Assembly (NCBI GenBank): GCA_048537945.1
Contig: CM108484.1
Span: 4,146,494-4,210,493 of the forward strand
Direction: 5' to 3'
Length of the DNA stretch: 64,000 nt
Source of the DNA: Mnemiopsis leidyi
Taxonomy: Eukaryota
The first letter of the stretch is position 1; every line of letters begins with the position of its first letter. The notes beneath the pieces were generated by a model, which searched no databases, was not told the origin of the DNA, and was given only the letters and a program-made list of their open reading frames with translations. Positions 11,401-21,797 of the stretch are shown here, one piece after another. Position numbers and translations under genes: made by a program.

Positions 11401-14400
11401 CAACCAGACAATAATCACTTTTTATCATTATACGAAAGTAGAATAGGTAGTCAGGGGAATTGTTAAAGATCACACCATCACGAGTGTACACAAATTACAT
11501 TACTCGACAGGTGAACACTTGACACGCGCATTACAATGATGATGGTTAATTTAGCGGGATATGCCGATACTATAAATAGCATGGCAAGTGTAATCTTGGG
11601 AATCGGGCAAGGAATAATGTAATATAGGATTGGTCATTTTGTAAAAAAAAAGGAAATAAAAACATGAGGAAATTATTGTGATTTCTGGGCTTCTATGCGT
11701 TAGATAACCTACTTTTGATTACTTGATATTGACTAACAAGGCCTAATAATGACAGGAAGATAGTACTGGTCGCTATTTCAGCTTGATGATAGCGAATTAT
11801 TTGCGCTAATTTAGCAGCGTAAAATGCGATTACAAAAGTTATTGCACGAGGCAAGGCCGAGTTGTATAAATACAATTATCGCTCGAAGCGAGACCCAATG
11901 TGATTATTTACAGTACCTGACTAACTATGCAAGGCAAAGCCGAGTGCAAAAACTTTTGTAATCGCTTAGTATGTTGTTGAATTACTGTATTATGCCACGT
12001 ATCCCCCATGCAGTATCATAAGCTAACATAACATCTTATCGTGAGCTTACAAACATTACTGTTCGAGGCGAGGGCTAAATGCAATAATCGCTCGAAGCGA
12101 AAAATACCAACAAAAAAAGAGCTCGAAGTGGCATGATAATTTTTCCCAGATTCGAACATCGGCTCAGAGATGGAATACACCATTGTTCAACTTGTAGCTA
12201 AAGAGATCACTACTGCTGCCATGTTTGTTAGAAAGAAACGAAAGCGACAGTTACCGGCAATGAACAAGGTACAAACAGCTGTTGTGTAGAAACTTACAGA
12301 CAAATATATCAGATTTAAGTTACAAATTAATAAACTAAAAACTTACTTAAATGGGTCACGTGACCAACCTACTTGCATTATAACTTGGTAGTAACCAGAC
12401 AGTAGTAAATAACTAAAGTCTCGTCCCATTTCTATTGATAATATTAATACAAGTGTACATTTTTACATCTCAATTACATAACACGTACGCTGAACAGACG
12501 CAGCATATAACTCATGATCTTGCTTCTCAGTCGAATAGGCTATAAACTTGAGGAATATTGGTCAAGATCCATGTTTTTTGGTTTCTGCAATATAATTTTT
12601 TGGCTTCCTCGAAAAATGTACGATATCAGCGTCTCCTCGTCTTTTCCGTTGAAATTTGGAAAACTGACTCATCAGACCAAATCTTCAAAGCGGCCCTGAA
12701 AAGGATGACTGTTGCACTTCGGCTTGAACTAAAATATGTAACTTGTGTGGGTCATGGTCCCTTTGATAATACGCCTCGCAGTTATAGTTATGATCTGGAC
12801 CGGCCCAGAACCAGCAAAAACTTTCATTTTGATGTAAGAATTTTGGTGCCTCACGTCACTTGCAAAAATTATTTTGATCAACAAAACCATGATTTCGCTC
12901 TTTAGAAAGGTTGTTCCCTAGGCAAAATCGACCGTACTTTCATGTGGTCGAAAATTGGCATATCATTAACCACAAAAAGATAAAAGGCAAATGTCATTGT
13001 TTTATGGGACATACTTTATGGGACATACTTTATGGGACAAACTTATATCAAGCTGCAAATATTTGACAGATTTGATTGTAATTGAAGATCAGTTTCTAGC
13101 TCAAAATCGACAAAAAATAGCGTGCTAGCCTTGGTTTGTTTCAATTAAATTATTACTGTTTATTAGGTAGCAGATAAAAATCTTTTTAGGCGCACCGAGT
13201 TGTAATTATTGACAACTCTTTAAGCTGGATATACTCGTTCATGTTCATGTTAAATCCCGGAAGGTTTTAACCCTTAACCGGGTCCCTCGTAGAGTTGGCA
13301 CGTGACAGCATCACGTGTGGGCTCCTATATCATTTTAAGAGACCCGCCCATTAGCTCCCTCCTTAGGGATGCCGCCAAGGATATACATGACTGGTCCTTT
13401 AAAGTGTCGGGCCGCCTGTGCTGGCTATGCCTATGAGCACTCCACAGCGACCACGGGTCTGCCATCGTAATCAGTGCTAAGATTGCAACTGAAATTAAGA
13501 CATTATCGACCCGAGAACAATGGTCAGACAGTGCAATTAGCCAACTGACCATTCTCCTCAGAATCCTTCGATGCTGGTAGCTGAGATGTCGAAGGACTCT
13601 CAAAAGCCCATCTCAGCCGTGCTATAGTAGGAGGGAGTCTCGCATGTGGTGTTTAACTATAATATTCATTGTCTTATGTTTTGACATCAGTTTAATAATA
13701 TTGGAGGCAGGGGTATTCTGAATGTTGTCTAGGCATTAGTTAGTACTGAATTTTCAGACAGGGCTACGGATATACTCTAGAGTGTGGTTTTCAAAACTTA
13801 TCTGTCTTTTTCGGTGCCTCATTGAAAGATTCTTTTTTGGCGCCAATTTTCACTAAGTTCAATAAGTTTTGATAATTCTCCTCTCGACTTAAGAAATAGG
13901 CATGGAATTAACCGAATTTTATCGATACATTTCTGCTTTAAGTATAATAGTTGTGTTTAATGGTGTCCAATCATTCATTTTAGGTTTAACATTTTCAGGA
14001 CCCAAGACCCAGATGTTGATATCCAGTGATGTAGCGAATAACGTTTAACGACACGAATTACAATCCCGACGTGATGATGGATCAAACCACGCTGATTGTA
14101 CGACACGCGCTGCAGACTAATACAATCTTTATGTGATAACGACTTCATCGTTGATGTTTCGTATTGTATTGCGCGCGCATGAATCAGTTAAATAATTATG
14201 GCGCTACGTTTATTAATCTAGCTTAGATCTTCTGTACATCATAGTAAGTTAACGGTCTTATTTTGTACAATTAATTAATTTTGTAATCTTCCTGGCTTCG
14301 TTGAATCTCTCATGCCCTTCGAGGAATTCAATTAGCAAATCAGCTACTTGACTCAGATTCGAACTTGGAACCTACAGCACACGAAACCGGTGCCGTAACC

Positions 14401-14837
14401 CCTCAACTAAAATAGTGCCGCATTTTTCGGAGTGCCGCATTTTTTTACGGCACTCCAGAAAAACGCGGCACTCTGGCTTACAGTGCCGCATGGCATTTCT
14501 ACGGCATATGACGCTTAGCTTAGGGGTTAGTCAGTGTTATGGTGCAACCTGTGTGCTTAGCACATATGACTGATGACGTTAGAGGCAATTCAACCTAAAA
14601 AACATAAATTTTACCGTAAAATTAAAATCGATCTCAATCATGACATTTGAGCTGAATCGATCGCCTATAATTTTTCAAAATCTTTAGACAAAGTCTAAAT
14701 TTTTTGTAGGTAGGTACAAGGTATAAATATTTAATCGGATTGACGTATTTTTCGTTCTGATTCCGGATCGCCCCCGCCTAACGTCGCGGCCCGTTTTCAA
14801 GTCGAATGAAGTTCTTATGAAAATAGGGCGGTAGTAC

Positions 14838-17800
14838 GGTGTTCCATATGGGTCACTAATGGTTTAAGCAAAAGCATATGTTTTTTATATATTTTTTACT
14901 ACATATATACTAAAATATATATAAATACATGTAATATAATATATATATATACATATATATATATACATATATATACATACATATATATATTAATATATAT
15001 TATATATATATAATATATATATATATATTATATATATGTGTAAAAGTATATGTGTTTTTTAAGTATATGTTTGTCAAACCATTAGTGAGCCTTCTGGAAC
15101 ACGAGGACGTTCCAGAAGGTGCACTATTGGTTTGAACCAATAGTGCACCTTTTGGAACGTCCTCGTGTTCCAGAAGGGTCACTAATTGTCTGCTATTTTC
15201 AAAACTGCATAACTCAAAAACCAAAAATGATAGAGCAAAAAACAACATACTGGGTGGAAGACAATGATTTGGGCTACAATTTAGTTAAGGTTTCATGTCA
15301 AAATCTTGAATGGCCACGCCTCAGTGACGTCATCAATTATGGGAAAATTCACAAAATCGAATCAGAAAAATCAAATTTTTTAAACTTAATTTTACGGGTT
15401 TAAGATGCAACTTGAGAAAAAATTCGAGGCCACACTTACGAAAGATAATTGTTTCAACTTTCGAATGCTACCGTCCAAAAGTCGATTATCTCGTTTCATT
15501 ATCGAGATAATCGCAGACAAAAATAAGTGTTTTTTACCAAATTTTACGTCAAAAATCGAGAATTTTGGGGGTCCTACAGAATTAAAATGACGAATAGTTG
15601 AGACTATCACTACACAAAGTTCAATAGATGATAGTTTGAATTGACTATTCGTTTAGATTTCATGCTGAAATATTGAAAGACCACTCCCTGGTGACGTCAT
15701 CAACCGTGGGAAAATTTTCCAAAAAAAGCGGAAAATACTCAATTATTTACCGTGAATTTTGTTGAATTTTAATGATGTGCTGAACCTTTAATGGCAATTG
15801 TTAATCTTAGGAAATTAATTGAGCTTTTAAGTAACGCCTTCAAACACTCGAATATCTTATTGCATTGTCGAGATAATCGCAGACAAAGATAAGTGTTTTT
15901 TACCAAATTTTACGTCAAAAATCGAGAAATTTGGGGGTCCTACAGAATTAAAATGACGAATAGTTGAGACTATAACTACACAAAGTTCAATAGATGATAA
16001 TTTGAATTGTCTATTCGTTTAGGTTTCATGCAAAAAATATTGAAAGACCACTCCCTGGTGACGTCATCAACCGTGGGAAAATTTTAAGAAGAACGATAAG
16101 GATACCAAATTAATATCGGCGAATTTTGTTGGTTGAGACGGATGTGTCGAACTTTTTGTGGTTATTACTTCTGTTAGGAAATCAATATAGCTTTTAAATA
16201 ATGCCCTAAAACTCTCAATTATCTCACTTTAATTATGAAAGGACAGAAAGTGCATTAAAAGCTTATAGTTTTTCGGACTCAGCTCGTTTTAAACCAAAAC
16301 GATGTGATATGATTTACAAAAACCCAAAACTTTGGATGTAGTGTGACCGTCTTTTTTTGGTCAGCATTGTACATTACACATCGAAAGGGAGTGATATAAG
16401 ATAATAGACCGTTTGAATGCACCAAGTACGAAGATCAATCAAAATTACGGTCGCTTATTTTCGGCAAGTTTGTGTATTTTCAATGTTATTCAATTGCAAA
16501 AAAATTAGCGACCGTAATTTTGATTGATCTTCGTACTTGCGGTGCATTCAATTGGTCTATTATCTTATATCACTCCCTCTCGATGTGTAATGTACAATGC
16601 TGACCAAAAAAAGACGGTCACACTACATCCAAAGTTTTGGGTTTTTGTAAATCATATCACATCGTTTTGGTTTAAAACAAGCTGAGTCCAAAAAACTATA
16701 CGCTTTTTATGCACTTTCTGTCCTTTCATAATTATCCCACGGTTCGTGACGTCAGAAGGGCGTGGCCTTATATCATTTTCAGATAAAACCTCAACTAAAA
16801 TGTACTTCAAACTTTTATTTACCACAGCCTAAGTCGCTTATTAGGCCCGATTATTTGTGATTCTGATTCAAGTCATTCTGAAAGATTGCCGAAATTTGAT
16901 GCCATTTTCAGTGAAAAATGATCCTCTTTGAGCGCTACTAACCTTGGATGATAAAGTGAGATAATTGAGAGTTTTAGGGCATTATTTAAAAGCTATATTG
17001 ATTTCCTAACAGAAGTAATAACCACAAAAAGTTCGACACATCCGTCTCAACCAACAAAATTCGCCGATATTAATTTGGTATCCTTATCGTTCTTCTTAAA
17101 ATTTTCCCACGGTCGATGACGTCACCAGGGAGTGGTCTTTCAATATTTTTTGCATGAAACCTAAACGAATAGACAATTCAAATTATCATCTATTGAACTT
17201 TGTGTAGTTATAGTCTCAACTATTCGTCATTTTAATTCTGTAGGACCCCCAAAATTCTCGATTTTTGACGTAAAATTTGGTAAAAAAACACTTATCTTTG
17301 TCTGCGATTATCTCGATAATGAAACGAGATAATCGACTTTTGGACGGTAGCATTCGAAAGTTGAAACAATTATCTTTCGTAAATGTGGCCTCGAATTTTT
17401 TCTCAAGTTGCATCTTAAACCCGTAAAATTAAGTTTAAAAAATTTGATTTTTCTGATTCGATTTTGTGAATTTTCCCATAATTGATGACGTCACTGAGGC
17501 GTGGCCATTCAAGATTTTGACATGAAACCTTGACTAAATTGTAGCCCAAATCATTGTCTTCCGCCCAGTATGTTGTTTTTTGCTCTATCATTTTTGGTTT
17601 TTGAGTTATGCAGTTTTGAAAATAGCAGACAATTAGTGACCCTTCTGGAACACGAGGACGTTCCAAAAGGTTCACTATTGGTTCAAACCAATAGTGCACC
17701 TTCTGGAACGTCCTCGTGTTCCAGAAGGCTCACTAATGGTTTGACAAACATATACTTAAAAAACACATATACTTTTACACATATATATAATATATATATA

Positions 17801-17845
17801 TATATATATAATATATATATATATAATATATATTGTATATATATT

Positions 17846-17878
<33 letters not shown>

Positions 17879-18048
17879 TTAATATATAATTATATGTATG
17901 TATATATATATGTATATATATATATGTATATATATGTATATATATATATTATATTACATGTATTTATATATATTTTAGTATATATGTAGTAAAAAATATA
18001 TAAAAAACATATGTTTTTGCTTAAACCATTAGTGACCCATATGGAACA
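14838..18048. repeat. 3.2-kb foldback (FB-like) palindrome. The arms are ~1.6 kb and almost perfectly inverted, with a ~54-bp central spacer at 16455..16508.
   Basis: 14838 cggtgttccatatgggtcactaatggtttaagc is the reverse complement of gcttaaaccattagtgacccatatggaacaccg ending at 18048. The mirrored ORFs 15119..15403(+)/17415..17699(-) and 15405..15590(+)/17216..17413(-) confirm the symmetry. (TA)n-rich outer segments lie at 14880..15060 and 17760..18000. Each arm contains a ~360-bp internal tandem duplication (units from ~15497 and ~15857) carrying gtgacgtcatcaa (a TGACGTCA CRE palindrome). Each arm also has a nested ~115-bp perfect hairpin at 15079..15195 and 17625..17741 (ttctggaacacgaggacgttccagaa...). 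GGTAG lies immediately outside both ends and may be a TSD. Confidence 0.85.
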
Positions 18049-18859
18049 CCGTAGGTAGGGCTTCCGCTACGCGGCAGCAGGCCTGGCCTGACAACGTCAG
18101 GCAAAATAGTATAAGTCCCATATGACAGAGGGTAAAAAGGCTTTCTGCCCAACCCAATGCACAATGGGTCACGTGACCAACCTTGACGAGATGATATCCG
18201 TCTACCGTTCTGCGTGAGTCGGGTATCACCGCGACAAGACCAACCTTTCATGATCATCTTACCAATTCTATATCAAATATCGTTTTTAAATTTACTATTT
18301 TATCTCTATGCTTTAATTCAACAATTATTCGAATTTTTGATTTTATTTCTTCGGTTACAAAATAATATCCGTAGTAATAGTATTAGTTGACGGGATGATA
18401 GCCGTCTAACTCTAACGTTCTGACTAAATTAAACCAGAACACAGAAACGTTTACCTGGGGACCTCAGGCTAATCGTTGCTTCCCGATCGGAGGGAAACGT
18501 AGAGAGAGCCGCGCATAGCCCGGTAAAGAAACGTCAGAGAGTAGCAAAGCTACGAGTCGGGTAACACCTCAACAAAGCTAAAGTTTTGGTAATGCAAAAT
18601 GATATAATATAATGCAATTGCCACCCGAGATTCGGAGAGTGTCACGTTTTGGTGCCGTTGTAGGTTGATAACCTACTGTCGGGGCGCGGCCATCACGCGC
18701 TCCCACGACTGGTGACAGAAAATGAAATTTTAGTCGCGCATCCAGCATCGCCCGTTATTGTCTCACGTTGTGACCCTTTTCAAAAAAAATTTTAAAAATT
18801 TGAAATTTTTTTTGAAAACGCCCCCCCTCCGGGGGGGCGTGGCCGCGCTGCGCGCGCCG

Positions 18860-19241
18860 GAGGCTGCCGCTTCGCGGCAGCAGGGCTATGCAACGTGTAG
18901 CAAGCCCGTTAAACTTAATGGTGCCGCAATTTTCATCTTACTAGAGCTAGAGTGCCGCGACTGTGACATGTGAGTGCCGCATGTGATCAACGGGCGATGC
19001 GCGTCTAGAATTTCTTCGAAATGTCGCCAGGCCAGAAATGCGTGACAGTGCGGCGCGTGATGGCCGCGACAGTAGGTTATCAACCTACAACGCATGTGAG
19101 TGCCGCAAGTGCCGTAGTGCCGTAATTTTTATTTTAGAGTGCCGCATGTGAGTGCCGCAAGTGCCGCATGATAGTGCCGCAAGTGCCGCATTATAGTGCC
19201 GCAAGTGCCGCAGTGCCGTAATAACGTAATAAGGTGGGCTC
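18860..19241. repeat. Right terminal inverted repeat with subterminal (gtgccgca)n motifs. It includes an internal inverted-repeat pair (18657..18718 against 19042..19093).
   Basis: The reverse complement aligns to 3529..3745 by eye at ~80%. An extra ~100 bp in this arm is GC-rich and contains a C7-TCC-G7 hairpin at 18822..18840. Confidence 0.55.
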
Positions 19242-20066
19242 CTATCATTGAACTGGAGAGTGTACAACGAAGGTTTACACGCCTTATTGATGGTATTGGC
19301 ACACTTCCATATAGTGATAGGCTTAAGGCTCTTCATCTTACAACGTTAGCTGAGAGACGTATCAGAGGTGACTTAATAGAAGTTTATAAAATTGTTAATG
19401 GTATGGTTGAATATGGTAAAGATTTATTTCGCATGAGTAGATCAGGAGATAAGATTATCAGTATGCCATCTAAAAATAAAGATAGACTTGTACGTAAGAT
19501 AGCAGACAGTTTTATTTCCGAGCGTGTCATATCTTTTTGGAATAAGCTGCCCAAATATGTTAAATTCTCAGAGTCTGTTAATGATTTTAAAGTGAAATTA
19601 GAAGGGTTTAAGTGTGGTTGTAGTGAAATTGACACTGGTAATTTTTGGGAAGTATCAGATATAGTTTTAAGTAAGATTGAAGGGAACAGCTATCTTGAAA
19701 ATAAAGAAAAGCAGGTTAAATTTTTGAGACAAAACCCAAGTGTGGCTAAAAGACAGGGTATTAATTTATACTAGATGAATATCAATGTTGATATCTTGAT
19801 ATCTACATGCAAATCTTTGTTTAGTTAGGATCACATAATGTTTTCATTAAAGGGCAACTGTTTGTTTTTATTTTCATAGGCTCATATTTGTATATATTGA
19901 AGGTTTTTAGAAAAGGGCAACTGTTTATTTTTTATTTTTTATATGCTTATATCTGTATATATTGAAGGTATGACTGTCAATTGAGAAATGAAGAAATAAG
20001 GATACGAAGTAGGACACAGATGTGATGATGTATTTTGTCATAATTATTGATTTGATTTGATAGTTT
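19242..20066 (+). mobile_element. LINE family 1 copy A, 3' segment: the ORF2 C-terminus (19242..19774) plus 3' UTR, ending in a short (GATTT)-like tail
   Basis: ORF 19196..19774 (...IIELESVQRRFTRLIDG...RIRGDLIEVYKIVNG...QNPSVAKRQGINLY) is ~97% identical to the C-terminus of copy B. It continues the reading frame that was broken at 3528. Confidence 0.8.
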
Positions 20067-20363
20067 GGTTTATCAAATCAAATCAAATCAATAATTATGA
20101 CAAAATACATCATCACATCTGTGTCCTACTTCGTATCCTTATTTCTTCATTTCTCAATTGACAGTCATACCTTCAATATATACAGATATAAGCATATAAA
20201 AAATAAAAAATAAACAGTTGCCCTTTTCTAAAAACCTTCAATATATACAAATATGAGCCTATGAAAATAAAAACAAACAGTTGCCCTTTAATGAAAACAT
20301 TATGTGATCCTAACTAAACAAAGATTTGCATGTAGATATCAAGATATCAACATTGATATTCAT
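19775..20363. repeat. Near-perfect ~590-bp palindrome formed by the two LINE 3' UTRs meeting tail-to-tail. The centre is a 9-bp gtttggttt at ~20066.
   Basis: 19775..20060 is the reverse complement of 20075..20363 base for base (atgaatatcaatgttgatatcttgatatctacatgcaaatc...). Inverted homology continues outward through both ORFs. Confidence 0.9.
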
Positions 20364-21797
20364 CTAGTATAAATTAATACCCTGTCTTTTAGCCACACTT
20401 GGGTTTTGTCTCAAAAATTTAACCTGCTTTTCTTTATTTTCAAGATAGCTGTTCCCTTCAATCTTACTTAAAACTATATCTGATACTTCCCAAAAATTAC
20501 CAGTGTCAATTTCACTACAACCACACTTAAACCGTTCTAATTTCACTTTAAACTCATTAACAGACTCTGAGAATTTAACATATTTGGGCAGCTTATTCCA
20601 AAAAGATATGACACGCTCGGAAATAAAACTGTCTGCTATCTTACGTACAAGTCTATCTTTATTTTTAGATGGCATACTGATAATCTTATCTCCTGATCTA
20701 CTCATGCGAAATAAATCTTTACCATATTCAACCATACCATTAACAATTTTATAAACTTCTATTAAGTCACCTCTGATACGTCTCTCAGCTAACGTTGTAA
20801 GATGAAGAGCCTTAAGCCTATCACTATATGGAAGTGTGCCAATACCATCAATAAGGCGTGTAAACCTTCGTTGTACACTCTCCAGTTCAATGATAGTGGC
20901 CCAGTTTCCATGAGTGGCAGGTGGAGACCATAGCTGTGCACAATATTCTAAGTGAGGTCGAACAATACATTTATAAACATTCCGCATAACAATCTTATCC
21001 CTTGTTACAATACTTCTTGTTATCCATGCAATCATACTATTAGCTTTACTTATACAGCTCTGAATGTTCTGTTTCCAGGTAAAATCTGGTGTGGTAAGCA
21101 CTCCAAGATCCCTCTCAACATCAGTAGATTCAAGAATAGTTCCACTAAAAGAATAATCATGCATTGGGTTTCCATTGAAAGGAATATGCATTATCTTGCA
21201 TTTAGCTGGATTAAACTTTAATAGCCACATATTTTGCCAATTTTCCAGGTTCTTAAGCATATTACATACTGTTTCTTTATCACTGGCATCAACTATTACT
21301 TTCAGATCATCAGCAAATAGTTTTGATATACTTTGCACATAATCAGGTAGGTCATTAATGAAAAGTAAAAAAAGTAAAGGTCCTAATACTGAGCCCTGGG
21401 GTACACCAGATAACACAAAGCGGAGCTTAGAAAAAGCACCCCCGACATAGGTTCTAAATGTTCTATGAGACAGAAAATCTCTAATAATATCTAATGTTTT
21501 ACCTCTTATTCCTAAATTCTCTAATTTTTCAAGCAGCCTGTAGTGAGGAACACTATCAAAGGCTTTACAGAAATCAAAATAAAATACATCGACTGGTTTG
21601 TCATCTTCCAGCATAGCTATAACATCATCAATACTTTCAAGGAGATTGGACAAACAGGATTTACCTTCAACAAAACCATGCTGGTTAGGATCAATCTTAT
21701 GGGATATGTAACTTAACAAGTGTCTTCTAACCAGCTTTTCATATAATTTACTTACGATGGAAGTAAGTGAAACAGGTCTATAATTTAAGGCACATTT
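20067..21797 (-). mobile_element. LINE family 1 copy B: 5'-truncated, with an uninterrupted RT ORF and its 3' UTR
   Basis: The minus-strand ORF from the stop at 20364 is open up to 21797, about 478 codons. Homology to copy A (2276..3528 plus 19242..19774) ends at ~21797, where a stop and unrelated AT-rich sequence begin. Confidence 0.8.
20364..21797 (-). CDS. Reverse transcriptase, an ORF2 fragment of a non-LTR retrotransposon with no endonuclease domain. It is an open frame but probably non-functional because it is truncated.
   Basis: Motifs present are FYFDFCKAFDSVPH, PQGSVLGPLLF, FADDLKV, and the C-terminal RIRGDLIEVYK. The ORF track lists 20364..21719, and the frame stays open upstream to 21797. 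Confidence 0.7.
   Translation of the reverse strand, partial: KCALNYRPVSLTSIVSKLYEKLVRRHLLSYISHKIDPNQHGFVEGKSCLSNLLESIDDVIAMLEDDKPVDVFYFDFCKAFDSVPHYRLLEKLENLGIRGKTLDIIRDFLSHRTFRTYVGGAFSKLRFVLSGVPQGSVLGPLLFLLFINDLPDYVQSISKLFADDLKVIVDASDKETVCNMLKNLENWQNMWLLKFNPAKCKIMHIPFNGNPMHDYSFSGTILESTDVERDLGVLTTPDFTWKQNIQSCISKANSMIAWITRSIVTRDKIVMRNVYKCIVRPHLEYCAQLWSPPATHGNWATIIELESVQRRFTRLIDGIGTLPYSDRLKALHLTTLAERRIRGDLIEVYKIVNGMVEYGKDLFRMSRSGDKIISMPSKNKDRLVRKIADSFISERVISFWNKLPKYVKFSESVNEFKVKLERFKCGCSEIDTGNFWEVSDIVLSKIEGNSYLENKEKQVKFLRQNPSVAKRQGINLY

Larger units (their letters stand above)
3529..19241. mobile_element. ~15.7-kb composite, non-autonomous DNA-transposon-like element bounded by terminal inverted repeats, inserted into LINE copy A.
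   Basis: The left end begins cagacaaccttataacg and the reverse complement of the right end begins gagcccaccttattacg. Both are followed by arrays of the 8-mer gcggcac(t)tgcggcac. Left terminal region is 3529..3745; right terminal region is 18860..19241. The flanks are ctatcatt at 3521..3528 and ctatcatt at 19242..19249, which is a candidate 8-bp TSD. Uninterrupted copy B reads ...gggccactatcattgaactgg... across the site. No transposase ORF is present in the interior. Confidence 0.55.

Noticed and set aside
15079-15195. TTCnnGAA pairs in the nested hairpin, considered as a heat-shock element
   Set aside because: There are only two inverted dimers separated by 5 bp, with no contiguous nGAAnnTTCnnGAAn trimer. 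The pairs are noted as a feature of the hairpin and not called as an HSE.
15119-17699. Mirrored 94-aa ORFs (MHYWFEPIV...) and 61-65-aa ORFs in both arms of the foldback
   Set aside because: There are identical copies on opposite strands, as expected from the palindrome. No recognisable domain is present. Each ORF starts inside a nested hairpin. A real gene cannot be excluded, but support is insufficient.
18758-18973. 71-aa ORF in a GC-rich segment (..PPLRGGVAALRAPEAAASRQQGYATC..)
   Set aside because: It lies inside the right terminal inverted-repeat region, and its frame is created by a GC-rich hairpin-forming sequence. No domain is present.
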